Below, piece by piece: positions 61,760-64,000 of a stretch of 64,000 nt of DNA (the stretch's first letter is position 1; each line of letters starts with the position of its first letter). The notes under the pieces were generated by a model that was not told the origin of the DNA, did no database searches, and saw only the letters and a list, made by a program, of their open reading frames with translations. The DNA is from Euprymna scolopes. Lineage: Eukaryota. The stretch is taken from assembly GCA_053919585.1 (NCBI GenBank), contig CM132788.1. The stretch is one strand, 5' to 3'. The translations under genes were made by a program, and so were the position numbers.

Positions 61760-64000
61760 AGATCAAAAACGCATTAATGGGATTAATAACGGTGTTGTTT
61801 TTGGGTTTACCCTGATTAATTCTTTTTTTTTCCTATTTTTTGTGTGATATTCTGTTCTCCGGAGCTGTCTCTGGTATTGGCACATGAAAAGTGGCACACA
61901 CCGTGTCCATGATGTCCTCCTCGGGCGATCTGGTCACCTCACTGTTCGAGTATCTTTTCCGAATTTGGTTAGTGTGACGTTTGTGCACGAAGCCTGCCCC
62001 CTTAATCATGTCGACCATGTTGCCTATCTGTTTCTCAACCTGCCCGACTCTCAGAAAGTGTTATTATTTTTGTGAATCTTGTAGAAGATGCTTTCGCCAA
62101 CTTTATACCGTTTTTTTTGTTATCGGTTTTTGAGGTTTTCCCTATCCTAGTTTGGTAACAACTTGTGAAAACTCGATCTAAACTTGCGTCCGAACATAAC
62201 CTCAGCAGGTGTCTTCGACATTTCGATGTTTGCATTCGAAGTGAATCTGTAGACTTGTAAAAACTGTTGGATTGACTTATCCGTCGGCGACTCACTAGCT
62301 TTTTTCAGAGCTCTCTTGAGTGTGTCAATGAATTTTTGTCCATTACTTCTTGGGTGGTATGGCGGAAGAGTTATATGCTCGATTAGATGATCCCCGTAAA
62401 AATGTTTAAATTCGGTAGACATCAATTGCGTTCCATTGTTTGTAACAATGCAGTCTCCTACTCCAAACCTAGCGAATAGGTCATACAGTAAGTTGATAGT
62501 TACCTCGGATTTGGGATTCTTACATTGTAATACTTCCGGTCATTTAGATAGGTGTCTGCAACAATGAGATAGTAGAACCCATCTAGCGGTCCTCCAAAAT
62601 CTAAATGAATCCTAAACCAAGGTCGGTCCGGTTTTACCAACAGAATTGAGTTGGAGGAGCTTTCATAGCTAATGCGCATCCTCTACACTCCCTGATTTTT
62701 CCTTCTATATCCTTATCCATGGTTTACCAATAAACGAAAGAGTGCATAAGGCTTTTCATTCTTGATATACCTGGATATCCTACATGGAATTCATTGAGCA
62801 TTCTTTTCTGCAATGCCGCAGGAATTACGATCCTATTGCTATATAACAGGACGTTATCGCAAATTGAATAAATTTCTTCATCCAGTTCGTTATTGTTGAT
62901 CCTTTCTTTCGTGCGTATAATAAATTCGTTCACCTCTGCCTTACTCTTTATTTCATCAGGTGTTACTGGAAGTTCTCTTATTGTGTCACATAACGTATTT
63001 TATACTTCAACTTCCGCCTGAATGGCTGCTATTACCATATCCTCCAATGGTTCTATCTGCTTAGGTATTAACTTCGATAACCCATCTGCATGACAACATT
63101 TTTTAGATGTTACATACTCCATTTGAAAATTGTAATTCAGAAGTATAGTACCCAATCTTCGGAGTATTTGCAGTATGTTGTGGTAGACCTATTTTCGATC
63201 CGAAAATCGTTTGTGGTCTGTTTGTAACAGAGATTGCCTACCGTTCAGGAAAAGATGAAATTTCTTTACCGCGAATATAATGCTTAGTGCCTCTTTTTCA
63301 ATTTGTGAGTAGTTATTTTCGGCTGGCAAAAGTGATTGGGATGAATGTGCTATGATTTTCACTTTTCCATTATCCATGTTTTGTAAAATGCATGCTCCTA
63401 TGCAATAGGAGCTGGCATCGTTGCCACTATAAGTCACGATTGGGATTATAATGTGCCAGGAGCAAGTAAGACGTTAAAGTCGCTTTAATTTCCCGAAATG
63501 CTTCTTCGTATTCTTGCGTCCAGACCTATTTTTGGTCTTTCCTTAATAGTTCATTTAAAGGGGACTTTAGTTTATTCATATATGGCACAAATACATTGTA
63601 GTATTTCTAAGAAACGTTGTAAAGACGCAATACTTTCTGAAGTAAGCATACGCTTTATTGCACGCGATATATCTGGATTCGACCTTCTTCCATGTTTATC
63701 GAAGAATTGTCCCAAGTATTTTATTTTCTCCATGAAAAATGTAGATTTTTTCCTGTTTCACTTTAAATCCATAATCCTGGATCCATATGAATACCTGGTT
63801 TACAGGAGTTTGGTGTTGTTCTTTCCTAGCGCTTTTCATTACCACATCGCCCAGGTACTCTACTGCGAAATCAACCCCATTTAACATAATGCCCATAATT
63901 TGCTGAAAAATCGCAACGGCGATTTGACCCCAAAATGAAGTCTGTAAAAATTGCACAATCCCCTTTTGGGTATTAATACATAGCAGATTTAAACACTCCT
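61760..64000 (-). mobile_element. Ty3/gypsy pol fragment (RT-RNase H-integrase), disrupted; continues beyond the window
   Basis: AIFQQIM..EYLGDV (YLDD-like), DASSY..YSQIEKEALSIIFAVKKFH, EFHVGYPGISRMKSL..VYW, PPYHPRSNGQ, TPAEVMFGR, KRHTNQIR. Confidence 0.9.

Overview
AT-rich, repeat-dominated window from a eukaryotic (probably invertebrate animal) genome, with many (TA)n microsatellites and seven N gaps. I found no confidently identifiable host protein-coding gene. The window is a mosaic of decayed mobile elements: a near full-length CR1/L2-group LINE (minus, ~4.3-7.75 kb) plus three 3' fragments, a full but disrupted Ty1/copia element (19.5-24.8 kb), a Ty3/gypsy pol fragment (61.8-64 kb), R4/Dong-like and RTE fragments, Penelope remnants with hammerhead ribozymes, non-autonomous Helitrons, MITEs, and tRNA- and 5S-derived SINEs. 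Two non-coding systems stand out. (1) A Helentron-type (HINE/DINE-like) element at 17.35-19.22 kb holds a tandem array whose long units contain a PSE-like motif, the first ~45 nt of U2 snRNA including the branch-point recognition sequence, and a snap-back hairpin. (2) A retrozyme-like element at 13.9-14.5 kb, with related copies at 15.6-15.9 kb, has a tRNA-Ala-derived Pol III promoter directly upstream of a type I hammerhead, with two hammerheads 408 nt apart. All assignments come from reading the sequence by eye; no database search or folding program was run.
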